Positions 33,875-34,224 of a stretch of DNA of 34,224 nucleotides are shown here, piece after piece. Positions within the stretch are counted from its first letter, which is position 1. Every line of letters starts with the position of its first letter. Below the pieces are notes generated by a model, which did no database searches, was not told the origin of the DNA, and was given only the letters and a program-made list of their open reading frames with translations. A program made the position numbers and the translations under genes. This DNA comes from a virus (Duplodnaviria > Caudoviricetes), in IMG/VR virus record IMGVR_UViG_3300017914_002384, positions 1-34,224 of that record; one strand, written 5' to 3'.

Positions 33875-34004
33875 CAGTGTGAGGTAGTGCAAGGTTGAGC
33901 GCGGTTTCACGCTGTCTCCTCTCCTGTCCCTATGTCCCTATGGGACATATAAGTTGCGACTTCGACTTTATAAATCACTGAAAACCCCACACTACCTCGC
34001 ACTG
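33875..34004. other. Divergent non-coding region: 15-bp inverted repeats flanking an AT-rich core (candidate origin/control region)
   Basis: cagtgtgaggtagtg (33875-33889) vs cactacctcgcactg (33990-34004), 14/15 match. Internal tgtcccta-tgtcccta-tgggaca and AT-rich catataagtt...tttataaatc. Confidence 0.55.
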
Positions 34005-34069
34005 TTTTCCCCTCTCAGGTGACAGCCCATCGAGCTGGGCGACGGGCTACAGGAGGGGCAGGAGGTCGC

Positions 34070-34224
34070 ATGACTCAGGAAGAGATTGATCGGGCCCTCG
34101 CAGCTCTGGCACCCGAGGCGGTCGCCGTGGTGGAGCGGGCGCTCCGGGCGAAGGGCCGAACGGACCGGACGCAGATTGATACCGCGTGGAAGGTCCTCAC
34201 CATCGCCGGGCGCGTCGGCGGGGC
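34070..34224 (+). CDS. 5' part of the junction-spanning putative terminase small subunit
   Basis: GGAGG at 34061-34065 and ATG at 34070. The frame continues through the terminal repeat to the stop at 197-199. Confidence 0.6.
   Translation, partial: MTQEEIDRALAALAPEAVAVVERALRAKGRTDRTQIDTAWKVLTIAGRVGG
34084..34224. repeat. Terminal direct repeat (copy 2)
   Basis: Identical to 1-141. Confidence 0.95.

Overview
The window appears to be a complete circular (or circularly permuted) genome of about 34,083 bp from a high-GC tailed dsDNA phage (Caudoviricetes). Bases 1-141 repeat exactly at 34084-34224. The rightward arm (34070 through the junction to 25903) encodes a candidate small terminase, TerL, a Mom/XF1762-like GNAT protein, portal, scaffold, major capsid and a decoration protein. 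It continues with podovirus-type adaptor and nozzle genes, three probable internal/ejection proteins (one of 2135 aa), and a lysis cassette interrupted by three very basic small proteins. The leftward arm (33741 to 25870) encodes small early proteins, a Cys-rich GP88/DUF7227-like protein, an RHH-like regulator, a primase-VapE helicase fusion, ERF, a RuvC-like resolvase, a RecE-like exonuclease and SSB. I saw no integrase, DNA polymerase, tRNA or CRISPR array. The most notable non-coding signals are: a duplicated three-hairpin intergenic element with a compensatory base change in the early operon; CGCTC-rich repeats between terS and terL; two matching TTGAAN-17-TAGGGT promoters, one predicting a leaderless mRNA for the giant gene; iteron-like 15-mers; and apparent absence of CTCGAG. 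All family names come from recalled motifs, not database searches. The host is unknown.
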